From NCBI GenBank assembly GCA_965198175.1, contig OZ240245.1, forward strand, positions 3,104,001-3,168,000: 64,000 bases of DNA, in the 5' to 3' direction. Every line of letters starts with the position of its first letter. The stretch's first letter is position 1. Shown piece after piece: positions 29,077-39,419 of this stretch. This DNA comes from Candidatus Poribacteria bacterium. GTDB taxonomy: Bacteria; Poribacteria; WGA-4E; PCPOR2b. Both the position numbers and the translations under genes were made by a program. The notes beneath the pieces were generated by a model, which ran no database searches, was not told the origin of the DNA, and saw only the letters and a list, made by a program, of their open reading frames with translations.

Positions 29077-29285
29077 ATGAAATTCAACTTCGTTGAAAAA
29101 TTCAACCAACTGCCTGCCGATCTCCAAGAAAAAGCAATCAAATACATTGATTCCCTGCTAACCCAAAAGGAGTTACAGCGAAAAAAGAAACCGAAATTGG
29201 ATTGGGCTGGTGGTTTAAGAGAACTCCGGGACCAGATACGGCAATTGAACTTCAGAAAAAAGCGTCAGTGTTGAGAGCAGAGTAG
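29077..29285 (+). pseudogene. DUF2281-type small antitoxin-like protein, 1-bp deletion near 29236
   Basis: 'F.QLP.DLQE....YIDSLL', 'KPKLDWAGGLRELRDQ'. The expected '(Y)TAIELQKKA' continues in another frame to TAG at 29283-29285. Confidence 0.65.
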
Positions 29286-29458
29286 ACCTTAAAGCCAACT
29301 CGCCAACGAAAAGCGCACTCAGAGGTATTTTAATGAAACGCTTTCGCTTAAATAACAGTGCATATAGTGATATGCTCATTTCCTTATGTAAAAAACGATA
29401 CCAATGTTGAGGCAGAGTAAAACATCCGAGCAAAGATTTTTGAATTTGGGCGCTAGCT

Positions 29459-31759
29459 ATGTTTAAGAAAGTATCAAAACTAAAGCAGTTCGGAATATTT
29501 CGTGATTTTGCATGGAGTAGCGATACTCCTGATTTTTCGCGTTTTAACTTAATTTACGGTTGGAATAAAAGCGGGAAAACTACTTTTTCCAGAGCCTTCG
29601 TTGCGTGCGAGAAAAAGACAACCGAATTTAAACAATATCCGACAAACGGCGAATTTGAGATAAAGACTGACAACGGAGTAATCAATCATTCGAGCTGCCA
29701 AAACGGAACGAAGCAGATCAGAGTTTTCAATAGGGATTTTATTGAGGAAAACGTCTCCTTTGACCCTATAAATCCAAGCCGCCCGATTGTTTATGTCGGC
29801 GAGGAAAATATTGAGAGCAGCAATAGACTAAAAGCACTTCAAGGGAAAGTTACCGTTTTGGCGGAAAAATACGGATTAGCCCAAAGAGATCGCCAAAAGA
29901 GTGAGAAGGCGGAAGATGTCTTCAGAATCTCAACCGCAAGTAATATAAAAATCCTTGCTGGTGATAACAAGGTTAAAGATAAATACCTAGATTACAACAA
30001 GAGAAGCGTTAAAAAGACGATTGAGGAAATCGGTAATGAGAATTTTTCGAAACTTTCAAATCAGGAATTTGAAATAAAAAAGAAACTAATTAGCGGCGAT
30101 CTTCAAGATAGTGAACGCCCATTTTCAAAATACGATTTTTCGTACTCCTACGACGGAAAAACCTTAGGCGGTTTTTCCGATTTATATGATGAGGTTTCAA
30201 AACTTCTCAAGCGAAAAGTTGTAGCGGAGACGATAGACCGCTTCAAGGATGATCCGGAATTGAACAAGTGGGCACAGGACGGATTTAAACTTCACAGAAC
30301 AAAAGACGAAACGAAAAAATGCTTGTTTTGCCAAAACGAACTTTCAGAGAGTTTTTTGGAATCTTTATCAAAACATTTCAGTGGAAACTACGAAAAACTG
30401 CAAATTGATATTAAGTCCTTCATTGCGAGTTTAGGTGGCTTAAGGCGTAAAGTTGAAGAAACGAATCAGCAGTTTTATTCTAATTTGCAAGATAAGTACG
30501 AAAACCACGTAAAGGAACTAAACAAGATAGTCGGTGAGTTAGATTCATGGACTGATGAAGCAATAAAAAAATTGAACGAAAAATACGAAAATCCTCTTTC
30601 GGAAGTAAGCGATACTCAATTCCCTGAAGATTTTTCAGCTCTATATGACAAGACAGTTGACGATATAAATGCCGTGATTAAAGAACACAACACTAAGGTT
30701 GCAAATCACGCGCAGGCAGTTAAACGAGCAAAAGAAGAGTTGGAAAAACATATTATTGCAGGTGCGATAGAGGATCAGGACTATTCAAAAATCAAATTGG
30801 AATTCGAAAAAAGCGTTGAAGCGGAAAAGGAAGCGAAACAAGCGGTTGATGCCAATAATCGGGAAATCTCCAGGCTGGCAAAAGAAACTTCAAATATTGG
30901 ACAGGCGGCAGAGCAGATAAACCAGTACCTTGAGGAGTTTTTTGGCAGGAAAGAAATCTTACTCGAGCTAGACGGCTCAAATAAGGGGTATATTTTGCAA
31001 CGCGACGGCGAAGTGGCAAACAACCTTAGCGAAGGCGAAAAGAACGCCATTGCTTTTTCATATTTTATCGTAAAAACGCAGGAAAGGGGATTTAACGTCA
31101 AGGAAGCAATAATTGTAATTGACGATCCTATTTCCAGCTTTGATTCTAACTTCATATACCACTGTTTCTCACTTGTTAAAAGTCACTTCAAATACGCAGA
31201 ACAATTAATCATATCCACGCATAACTTTGAATTTTTCAATCTCGTCAAAGATTGGTTTGAACAGAAAATTCGCAATTCAAATAAAAAGCCGATTCCGTGT
31301 GAGTATTACATGATTGAAAATATGATTAAGGATGACAAACGGTGTGCTTCGATTGTTCCTCTTGAGGAAACTTTGCGAAAATTCAAATCAGAATTTCAAT
31401 TCTTATTTTCAAGATTGAATAAGTTTATCACCGAAAGTACTCTGGATTATGCTGATTTTTATACTGTTGGAAATATCGCTAGGCGGTTTTTGGAGATGTA
31501 TACAAATTTCAAGATTCCGACTACAGGCGATCTGAAAAGTAAAGTCGATCAGCTTGAGACAAGTACTGTCAGCGAAACTGAAAAAGATAAGGTGTATAGA
31601 CTTATTCAAGAATTTTCGCACGGTCTTGAACCTATAAGCACAATTGAACACAAGGACAAACATGAGATTCAAAGTGCAATCGAGGTTTTAATGAAAATAG
31701 TTGAGGAATCAGACCAAACGCATTTTCAATTTCTCGGCAAAAATCGGGAATCGAGCTAA
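29459..31759 (+). CDS. RloC-like AAA_13 ABC ATPase with zinc hook and C-terminal HEPN-like nuclease
   Basis: Walker A 'YGWNKSGKTT', Q-loop 'VFNRDF', CLFC hook in a coiled coil, signature 'LSEGEK', Walker B 'IDDPISSFD', 'STHN', 'NIARRFLE', 'RLIQEFSH'. Visibly AT-rich compared with flanks. Confidence 0.85.
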   Translation: MFKKVSKLKQFGIFRDFAWSSDTPDFSRFNLIYGWNKSGKTTFSRAFVACEKKTTEFKQYPTNGEFEIKTDNGVINHSSCQNGTKQIRVFNRDFIEENVSFDPINPSRPIVYVGEENIESSNRLKALQGKVTVLAEKYGLAQRDRQKSEKAEDVFRISTASNIKILAGDNKVKDKYLDYNKRSVKKTIEEIGNENFSKLSNQEFEIKKKLISGDLQDSERPFSKYDFSYSYDGKTLGGFSDLYDEVSKLLKRKVVAETIDRFKDDPELNKWAQDGFKLHRTKDETKKCLFCQNELSESFLESLSKHFSGNYEKLQIDIKSFIASLGGLRRKVEETNQQFYSNLQDKYENHVKELNKIVGELDSWTDEAIKKLNEKYENPLSEVSDTQFPEDFSALYDKTVDDINAVIKEHNTKVANHAQAVKRAKEELEKHIIAGAIEDQDYSKIKLEFEKSVEAEKEAKQAVDANNREISRLAKETSNIGQAAEQINQYLEEFFGRKEILLELDGSNKGYILQRDGEVANNLSEGEKNAIAFSYFIVKTQERGFNVKEAIIVIDDPISSFDSNFIYHCFSLVKSHFKYAEQLIISTHNFEFFNLVKDWFEQKIRNSNKKPIPCEYYMIENMIKDDKRCASIVPLEETLRKFKSEFQFLFSRLNKFITESTLDYADFYTVGNIARRFLEMYTNFKIPTTGDLKSKVDQLETSTVSETEKDKVYRLIQEFSHGLEPISTIEHKDKHEIQSAIEVLMKIVEESDQTHFQFLGKNRESS

Positions 31760-31764
31760 ATATT

Positions 31765-31955
31765 TTGTTTTTCTCAACCAAATTCCAATGGTATTTGGGT
31801 GTACCGCTAGAGTTCCTGAGACTTCGAGCCGAGTCTTACGGGTTCCACGCTTCAATAGATACAGCGTATGAAGCCGAATTTTCCGCCGCAAATTTTTGCC
31901 TTGTTTCAGTCAATTTTGAAACATCTTCCCTAGTTTAAGAACAACTGGTATCGGA
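31765..31955 (-). mobile_element. Degenerate N-terminal (HTH) remnant of an IS630-like transposase
   Basis: Minus-strand translation '*LKQGKNLRRKIRLHTLYLLKRGTRKTRLEVSGTLAVHPNTIGIWL' resembles the IS630 HTH region; truncated and interrupted. Confidence 0.55.
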
Positions 31956-31958
31956 TTT

Positions 31959-32225
31959 TTGATGAGTAAATCAATAAATGTACTGTTATTCAAGCGAAAT
32001 GGTGTTCGTATCAAATCCAAAACCGTTGAAAAATTCAAGCATGGCTCCTCGTTAGTCGATATGGATATACGGCAGAAAAAGAAACCAAGATTCAGTTGGA
32101 TTGGTGGCTTAAAAGAATTTCGGGACGATTATACATCCGTTGAACTTCAGGAGAAAGCATTAGACTGGATTGTTGAAATGGTCTTAGTCGAACAATTAAG
32201 AAACAAAAAGGACCCGCCGAGGTAG
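31959..32225 (+). pseudogene. Second, degenerate DUF2281-type copy
   Basis: 'VEKF' and 'KKKPRFSWIGGLKEFRDDYTSVELQEKALDW'; nucleotide similarity to 29090-29265. Confidence 0.6.
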
Positions 32226-32229
32226 TTAA

Positions 32230-34914
32230 ATGAAGCGTTTCATTGAAGAAACTTTCCCCGTTAAAGAAGTCAGCAAAGAATCCGCGCACGAGAAAAATAT
32301 TCGTCGTGGACACATCTCTGCACTCCACATCTGGTGGGCACGGAAACCGCTTGCCTCATCACGCGCCACCGCTTACGCTGCCCTAACACCGGCGCCGCAG
32401 GATACTGACGAATGGAACCGCAAACGAGATTTTATCATCACTCTCTCAAAGTGGGAAAATTCGCTAAACTCTCATCTGATTGAAAAGGCGCGAAAAGAAA
32501 TTCTCGAAGCCAACGGCGGCGTGCCCCCGAAAGTGCTTGACCCCTTTGGCGGGGGCGGTTCAATTCCGCTGGAGGCACTCCGGCTGGGGTGTGAAACCTA
32601 TTCCAACGACCTCAACCCCGTCGCTGTCCTGATTCAGAAGTGCACACTGGAATACCCACAGAAGTACGGCAGACCAAAAGAGGTAGAATCCGAGCCCACG
32701 CTCTCTGGTGTGGCGACGCAAAATCCCCTGCTTGAAGATGTCAAAAAGTGGGGGGTATGGGTTCTTGGGGAAGCAAAGAAAGAACTTGGGAGATTCTATC
32801 CTGACGAAACTGATGGCTCAATTCCGGTCGGATATATTTGGAAGAGAACTATTCCGTGTCAGAATCCATCCTGTGGTGCGAGTATTCCTCTAATGTCTCA
32901 ATCATGGCTGGCAAAGAAGGCTAACAAGCATGTCGCCCTCTATCCATATGTTGAATACGGAGACTTGACTTTCAAGATAGTTGGCGATGGCTACGAACCG
33001 ATGCCGAATGGATTTGACCCATCAAGGGGCACCGTCTCACGTGCGGTGGCAGTGTGCCCTATCTGTGGTGGGACCGTGGAAGCTGATCTAACGCGCAAAC
33101 TGTTTCAAGATTGCAAAGCAGGCACGCGAATGGTCGCAGTTATAACACACAAATCTGGTACCACGGGTAAGCGTTATCGTGTGGCAACAGATGCCGACAT
33201 TTCGACTTTTGCTGCTGCCGAGTCGTACCTTGCAGAAAAATGCGAAGCGCTAACGCTGGAATGGGGAATGAATCCGAGTCCTGACGAAGAACTCCCTCTA
33301 ATGAGCGGTGTATTTAATGTTCCTATTTACGGCATGCACACATGGGGTAGCCTTTTTAGCGCAAGGCAGAAGCTAGCGTTGATTACGTTTGCCGATAAGG
33401 TGAAGGCGGCGTATCAAGAGATGGTGACGGGAGGATTTGACGGTGATTACGCGAAAGCAGTGACAAGTTATTTGGCACTCTGTGTAAGCCGATGTTCAGA
33501 TTTCGGGAGCACGCTTGTGCAGTGGTTCAACCATGTTGAAAATCCCGGCCACACATTTGCGAGACAAGCGCTTCCAATGATGTGGGATTTTTTCGAACTG
33601 AACTTACTCTCTCCTGTTGCTCAAGGAACATTTCACAGCATGTCCCGGCAAATCTTGCGCACGATAGAGAATGTGGCTCAGATTGAGTGTAAATTGGCTG
33701 GATTGACTACTCAAACCTCCGCGACCTCCCTGCCCTATTCTAGTAATTTCTTTGATGCAGTCTTCACCGATCCACCATATTACAATAGCGTGCCATATGC
33801 GGACTTATCAGATTTCTTTTATGTCTGGTTAAAAAGAACAGTGGGAGATTTGTATCCAGAACTTTTTTCAACACCTTTAACACCAAAGAAAAACGAAATT
33901 GCAGAAATGGCGGGCTGGGATGCAAGAAGATATTCTTACAAAGATAAGAAGTTCTTTGAAGGCAGTCTCAAAAAGTCATTTCAGGAAATATATCGAGTTC
34001 TGAAACCCAACGCTATTGCAATCATTGTCTACGCGCATAAGTCGACAGAAGGTTGGGAAGCTCTAATCAATTCACTCCTTGATTCCGGGCTGATTATGAC
34101 CGGTGCGTGGCCCCTACATACCGAGATGAAAGGACGCCTCCGCGCTCAAGATTCCGCTGCCCTTGCTTCCTCTATCTACATCGTTGCTCGGAAGATGGAA
34201 CGTGAACCTACCGGCTTCTACAACGAAGTCAAAGCCGAGATGACCACTCACCTAAACGCCAAACTCCACCGACTCTGGGAGGAGGGTTTAGGCGGGGCAG
34301 ACTTTTTTATCGCTGCAATCGGTTCAGCCATTGAGGTATTCGGTAAATACGGAAAGGTGATGAATTTTGAAGGAGAGGTTATCCGCGCCGATCGTCTGCT
34401 TGACGATGTGCGGGAGATTGCCACCGATTACGCGGTGCGGCAAATTCTGCACAATGGTTTCGCCGGTGAAATTTCCGACCTCACCCGCTTTTACGTCCTC
34501 TGGCGGTGGGAATATAAAGAGGCGCGTGTCCATTTTGATGAAGCGCGGAAGTTGGCGCAGTGCTGCGGGGTAGACCTCTCTCGTGAGTGGGGCGGTAAAG
34601 GGTTTATTGACAAGGACAAGCAGTTTATCCGTGTTTTTGGTCCCCAATCCCGGAAGATAGACGACCTAAAACATACCGGGGAATTGATTGACGTGTTGCA
34701 CAATGTTCTATTGCTCTGGGAAAAGAGTCAACGTGACGAGATGATTCGCGTTCTTGCGGAGAGCGGCTACGGAGAGAGCGAGGCGTTCTATCGTGTGGCG
34801 CAAGCCATCTCCGAAACGCTGCCTATCGAGAGCAAAGAGAAACAGCTGCTGGACGGTTTTCTCGCCGGGCGAGAGAGGGTCAGAGAGGAGATGAGACAGG
34901 GTAGGCTGTTTTAG
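32230..34914 (+). CDS. DUF1156-domain amino (adenine)-DNA methyltransferase with Zn-ribbon
   Basis: 'LHIWWARKPL', motif I 'DPFGGGGSIPLEA', 'DLNPVA', C-x4-C...CPIC, 'FARQALPM.WDF', motif IV 'TDPPYY'. Confidence 0.93.
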   Translation: MKRFIEETFPVKEVSKESAHEKNIRRGHISALHIWWARKPLASSRATAYAALTPAPQDTDEWNRKRDFIITLSKWENSLNSHLIEKARKEILEANGGVPPKVLDPFGGGGSIPLEALRLGCETYSNDLNPVAVLIQKCTLEYPQKYGRPKEVESEPTLSGVATQNPLLEDVKKWGVWVLGEAKKELGRFYPDETDGSIPVGYIWKRTIPCQNPSCGASIPLMSQSWLAKKANKHVALYPYVEYGDLTFKIVGDGYEPMPNGFDPSRGTVSRAVAVCPICGGTVEADLTRKLFQDCKAGTRMVAVITHKSGTTGKRYRVATDADISTFAAAESYLAEKCEALTLEWGMNPSPDEELPLMSGVFNVPIYGMHTWGSLFSARQKLALITFADKVKAAYQEMVTGGFDGDYAKAVTSYLALCVSRCSDFGSTLVQWFNHVENPGHTFARQALPMMWDFFELNLLSPVAQGTFHSMSRQILRTIENVAQIECKLAGLTTQTSATSLPYSSNFFDAVFTDPPYYNSVPYADLSDFFYVWLKRTVGDLYPELFSTPLTPKKNEIAEMAGWDARRYSYKDKKFFEGSLKKSFQEIYRVLKPNAIAIIVYAHKSTEGWEALINSLLDSGLIMTGAWPLHTEMKGRLRAQDSAALASSIYIVARKMEREPTGFYNEVKAEMTTHLNAKLHRLWEEGLGGADFFIAAIGSAIEVFGKYGKVMNFEGEVIRADRLLDDVREIATDYAVRQILHNGFAGEISDLTRFYVLWRWEYKEARVHFDEARKLAQCCGVDLSREWGGKGFIDKDKQFIRVFGPQSRKIDDLKHTGELIDVLHNVLLLWEKSQRDEMIRVLAESGYGESEAFYRVAQAISETLPIESKEKQLLDGFLAGRERVREEMRQGRLF

Positions 34915-34917
34915 GTT

Positions 34918-35062
34918 TGTAGTAGGGAAATTTATTGCCCGTCCGCACGCGCAATGAATTGCCCTACTACGAACCTCCAATCAATTGCAGGGTTAAGTTT
35001 TTAGTAGGGTGATTTATCATCCGTTCCTATCACAAATGCGCATAAATTGCGCTACTACGACC
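34918..35062. repeat. Two GTAG-family REP doublets upstream of RAYT
   Basis: GTAGTAGGG.AATTTATTGCCC...GCAATGAATTGCCCTACTAC and a degenerate second doublet ending TAAATTGCGCTACTAC. Confidence 0.75.
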
Positions 35063-35082
35063 GAGCACAAGGGCTTAGGAAT

Positions 35083-35674
35083 ATGTACCGTTATCGTACG
35101 CTAACACCCGAGCACAAAACTGAAATCCTGCGTCAGCGGCAGTCGAAAAACTTGCCTCTCCATGAACCACCTCACTTTCATCACGCCGAAGGCTGGTTTC
35201 TGATTACTGCTGCTACTTACGAACATAAACGACATTTCCAAACTGAAGAAGATCGGGCGTGGCTTCTGGACGAGTTACTGACAGAACTCCAAGTCGTCGG
35301 AATATCTATTAGTACCTGGGTAGTACTACCAAATCATTACCATCTATTGGTTCAATGTCAACCACTTTCGGTTATCAGTCAGCCCTTGCGTCGTGTCCAT
35401 GCCCCCACGGCACAAGGCTTGAATCATCGTGAAAGCGTGTCTGGACGATCGCTTCAGTGATCGGCAGATTCGGAGTGTACGGCACTATTACACGACGATT
35501 AACTATATCCACTACAATCCGACAAAACATAATTACGTACAAAAACCGTTGGGTTGGGCTTGTTCAAGTTTACATTGGTATCAAAAGCACTTTGGCGTTG
35601 AGTGGGTACATGATCTCTGGAACGCTTATCCTGTGCGAGATTACGGAAAAGGGTGGGATTGGCGAGGTTCGTAG
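35083..35674 (+). pseudogene. REP-associated tyrosine transposase (RAYT, Y1 HUH), frameshifted
   Basis: 'FLITAATY', HUH 'WVVLPNHYHLL'. After a frame break near 35450: 'DRQIRS..HY....NYIHYNP.KH.YV....W..SS'. Confidence 0.82.
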
Positions 35675-35968
35675 TAGCGCAATTTATTGCGCGTTTTTGC
35701 GGGCAATAAATTGCGCTACTACGAACCAAACGACCAACCATCCAATAGGTTCGATAGAGTGATTTGTGGTCCGTCGTGCCAACGCATATGTCGTAAGACT
35801 ATGAGATTTGAGACAAACCAAAAGGATGGCAAGCCATCAGGATTGGTGAGGTTCCTAGTAGGGCAATTTATTGCCCGTAAAAACGCGCAATAAATTGCGC
35901 TACTACAAACCAAACGACCAATCATCAAATAGGTTCGATAGGGTGATTTGCGACTCGTCGCGTCAACG
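35665..35968. repeat. Two tandem REP-doublet units (~183-bp period) downstream of RAYT
   Basis: GGTTC.TAGTAG.GCAATTTATTGC.C...GCAATAAATTGCGCTACTAC.AACCAAACGACCAA.CATC.AATAGGTTCGATAG.GTGATTTG at ~35665 and ~35848. Confidence 0.85.
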
Positions 35969-36018
35969 CGCAAAGAATTTCGCGACTACGATTCCCCACG
36001 CACCTATGTCAAGGAGAA

Positions 36019-38556
36019 ATGCGTATGATTCCATTCCACACAATTGCTGTGCCGCACAGTGATATTCTAGAGGGAAGACTCACGCAGGACGTTTTTGCGG
36101 CGGATTTGTGGGAAGTGTTCAAGGATCGCGGACCGGATGAATACAAGGATGCCGTGCAGTTTTTCGAGAAAACGTATGAGACCGATGGGCTAAAGCACCT
36201 GCTTTCAGTTGTGAAAGGTCGGTTAAGTGGACGCGGCGGCGACCCGGTGATTCAACTTCAGACCCCCTTCGGCGGCGGTAAAACCCATGCCCTGATTGCG
36301 ATGTATCATAAAGCGATAGAGTGGAACGTCTCCCGCGCTGTAATTGTTGGAACACCGATGGGACCCCAAGACACGCTTTGGGGAGCGCTAGAAACCCAAT
36401 TGGCGGGAAGCATAGCCCGGTTTGATGGGTTTACCTCTCCGGGTAGAGATGCGATTTACGAACTCCTTGAGGCGAAACAACCGGCGCTCATCTTGATGGA
36501 TGAGTTGCTGGAATATATGACTAAAGCCGATAGCGTCCGTGTCGAAGGCAGTACCCTGTCCTCTCAGACGCTCGCCTTTATGCAGGAGTTGACCGAAGCT
36601 GCTCGCACCATAGAAAAGATTGCACTGGTCATCACCCTTCCGTCAAGCGGCATGGAACACTTCGGCGAAGGGGCTGAAAAGCTATTTGAACAACTTCAAC
36701 ACGTTGTGGGGCGGGTGGAGAAGATTTACACCCCGGTGCAAGAGCATGAGATTACGGAAGTCATCCGGCGACGGCTTTTTTCGCAGATTGATATGAAGGG
36801 CGCGGATGAAGTGATTCAGGATTATATGAACTACGCCGACAAACAATCTATTCTTCCCTCCGGAACTGAACCGTCGGAGTACCGAAAACGGTTTGAAGCC
36901 GCCTATCCGTTTCAACCGGAAGCCATTGATGTACTCTATCAGCGCTGGGGCAGTTACCCGCTTTTCCAGCGCACACGGGGAGTGTTGCGGCTGTTGTCAC
37001 TCGTCATCGATGCCCTTAAAGAGAAGTCAATCCCCTATATCAGTCTCGGCGATTTTAATCTGAGCGTTCAGGAAATTAGACAGGAATTGTTAAAGCACAT
37101 TGGACCCCAGTTCGACAGTATCATGTCCGCAGACATAACAGGTGAGGAGTCGGGGGCGAAAAAGGTAGACCTTGGTCTTGGCAATGCTTACAAGGGACTC
37201 AAGCTAGGTAGCCGTGCCGCAACCACTGTTTTTCTCTATTCCTTTTCAGGCGGCATGGAAAAGGGCGCGACTCTCGGAGAAATTAAGCGTAGTGCGGCGA
37301 CAACGGGGATTCCGTCCAGCGTTGTCACGGAAGCCGCCACGGATTTGCAAAACAAGCTGTTTTACCTTCGACACGAGGGTGGAAAATTCTATTTCAGCAA
37401 TCAACCCAACCTCAACCGGATTCTGTTGACACGCATGGAGAATATCAGGGATTCGGAAATCAACGAGTTTGAGGAATCTTTGGTCAAAAGGAATCTATCG
37501 GTTGGACGGCTCAACACGTCGATTTGGTCCAAAGACGGATCCGAGGTTACAGACAACGCTGACTTGAAACTGGTGATTCTGAAGCAGCCTGTCCATTCCC
37601 TGATGAAGACGATGCTAGAAACCAAGGGAAATAGTCCGAGGGTCAACCGAAACACGCTTTTCTTTCTGACGACACTGGCGCACGAGCGGAGTGGGTTTTA
37701 CAATCAACTGAAAAAGACGATTGCCTACCGTGCCCTAAACAAGACGGACGCTACATTGAATCTCTCCGACGAGCAACGGAGGGAGATTCGCGACGAGTTG
37801 AGAACGGCGGAAAATAGCCTAGATGATATGCTTCGCCGCTACTACCGATCTCTGTTCATCCCGACAAAAGAGGGCTTGAAGGAGACGGATTTGGGTGTGC
37901 CAACTTACGGCGCGACAAAGAAACTTGATGAAGTTGTCTATGAGAAACTGCGGTCTGACGGTGAAATTTTGGAGCAGATTGCCCCGCTGCTCCTCAGAGA
38001 ACGCTACCTCGGAACTAATGATTATGTTTCCACAGAGCAGTTGTTTCAGTCGAGCGCGAAGACCCCCGGCAGCCTGAGAATTATTAGCAAATCGGTCTGG
38101 GAATCCGGCATCCGTGAAGGGGTTGAGAAAGGGATGTTCGGTCTGGGTGAGTTGCAAGATGGGAAGCCGGTCTGCCTATATTTCAAACAACGTCCCGGCT
38201 CGATTGCCTTTGCTGGAAACGAAGTAATTATCCGCGATGCGGTCTGCATCCGCCTGAAGGAACCGAAACCGGATGAACAACATAAAACGGTCCCTCCTAT
38301 CCCACCAAGACCGGATCCTGACCGTAAAGCAACGGACCCAAAGCCAAAGCCGGACGGGCGCGACAGTGTTCAACTGAAGTTCAATATTCCAAAAGGAAAG
38401 GTGTCAGGAATCATGGGTGTGATGAACCTGCTGCAATCGAATTTCGAAAACCTTCAGGTTGAGTTGCGGGCTACAGGAGGGCAGATGTCTAATCAGGATT
38501 ACGAGGATAAGATCAGAGAGGCGTTTGTACAGTTGGAGATTGATTTGGAGGAATGA
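36019..38556 (+). CDS. DUF499 AAA+ ATPase
   Basis: 'PH.DI......FAADL', 'LQTPFGGGKTH', 'LILMDEL', 'VIRRRLF', 'YPF.PE', 'FQRTRGVLR'. Confidence 0.92.
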   Translation: MRMIPFHTIAVPHSDILEGRLTQDVFAADLWEVFKDRGPDEYKDAVQFFEKTYETDGLKHLLSVVKGRLSGRGGDPVIQLQTPFGGGKTHALIAMYHKAIEWNVSRAVIVGTPMGPQDTLWGALETQLAGSIARFDGFTSPGRDAIYELLEAKQPALILMDELLEYMTKADSVRVEGSTLSSQTLAFMQELTEAARTIEKIALVITLPSSGMEHFGEGAEKLFEQLQHVVGRVEKIYTPVQEHEITEVIRRRLFSQIDMKGADEVIQDYMNYADKQSILPSGTEPSEYRKRFEAAYPFQPEAIDVLYQRWGSYPLFQRTRGVLRLLSLVIDALKEKSIPYISLGDFNLSVQEIRQELLKHIGPQFDSIMSADITGEESGAKKVDLGLGNAYKGLKLGSRAATTVFLYSFSGGMEKGATLGEIKRSAATTGIPSSVVTEAATDLQNKLFYLRHEGGKFYFSNQPNLNRILLTRMENIRDSEINEFEESLVKRNLSVGRLNTSIWSKDGSEVTDNADLKLVILKQPVHSLMKTMLETKGNSPRVNRNTLFFLTTLAHERSGFYNQLKKTIAYRALNKTDATLNLSDEQRREIRDELRTAENSLDDMLRRYYRSLFIPTKEGLKETDLGVPTYGATKKLDEVVYEKLRSDGEILEQIAPLLLRERYLGTNDYVSTEQLFQSSAKTPGSLRIISKSVWESGIREGVEKGMFGLGELQDGKPVCLYFKQRPGSIAFAGNEVIIRDAVCIRLKEPKPDEQHKTVPPIPPRPDPDRKATDPKPKPDGRDSVQLKFNIPKGKVSGIMGVMNLLQSNFENLQVELRATGGQMSNQDYEDKIREAFVQLEIDLEE

Positions 38557-38592
38557 GATCAGCCCAAAAGCATTTCGCGCCGACGAGGCAGT

Positions 38593-39390
38593 TCAATAGG
38601 GTAAGATGCCGCCGCACACGTTTAGCGCCTGACCGGTAATGTAGCTTGCATCGGAGGAAGCGAGGAACGCGACCATGTTGGCAACATCTTCTGGTTCTTC
38701 GATGCGACCGAGCGGTATACTCTCGACAGCTCTCGCTTTGACCGAACCGAGCGGCGCACCTTCCAACTTCGCAACCTCACGGTCAATCAGATCCCACATC
38801 GCTGTGTCCACAATGCCGGCGCACACGCAATTGACGAGAATTCCGCGCGACGATAACTCCAACCCCATCTGCTTGGTCAGCGCGACGACGGCATGTTTGC
38901 TGGCGGCGTAAGCGCCAAGCGGCACGTCCTTGCCGGGCGCAATTTTGCCCGCGCCGGAAGCGTTGTTGATGATTCTGCCGCCGCTGCCACGGGCAATCAT
39001 GTGTCGCGCTGCCGCTTGCGAGCAGAGGAGCACGCCTTTGGCGTTGACGTTTATGAGTGCATCCCATGTTTCCTCGTCAGTGTCCATCAGCCGGGCGACA
39101 ACGCCGATCCCAGCGTTATTTACCAGAATGTCTAACTGTCCGAATCGTTCAACTGTCCGGCACACCATCCGCTCAACGTCGTCTTTGCGGGTCACATCCA
39201 CTTTGAGAGGGAGTGCCTGACCGCCTGCTTCCTCGATTTCTTGGACGACACTCCGTGCGTTTTCATGGTTAATGTCGGCGACAGTTACATGTGCCTTTTC
39301 CTTGGCGAAGCGCAGCGCAATCGCGCGACCAATCCCACGTCCGGCACCCGTCACAACTGCCACTTGTCCGTCTAAATCGTACTTTGGCAT
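38593..39390 (-). CDS. SDR-family oxidoreductase
   Basis: TGAGRGIG, NNAG, YAASK. Confidence 0.92.
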   Translation of the reverse strand: MPKYDLDGQVAVVTGAGRGIGRAIALRFAKEKAHVTVADINHENARSVVQEIEEAGGQALPLKVDVTRKDDVERMVCRTVERFGQLDILVNNAGIGVVARLMDTDEETWDALINVNAKGVLLCSQAAARHMIARGSGGRIINNASGAGKIAPGKDVPLGAYAASKHAVVALTKQMGLELSSRGILVNCVCAGIVDTAMWDLIDREVAKLEGAPLGSVKARAVESIPLGRIEEPEDVANMVAFLASSDASYITGQALNVCGGILPY

Positions 39391-39419
39391 CTGTTACCTC
39401 CGCACTACGACTGATTGGT

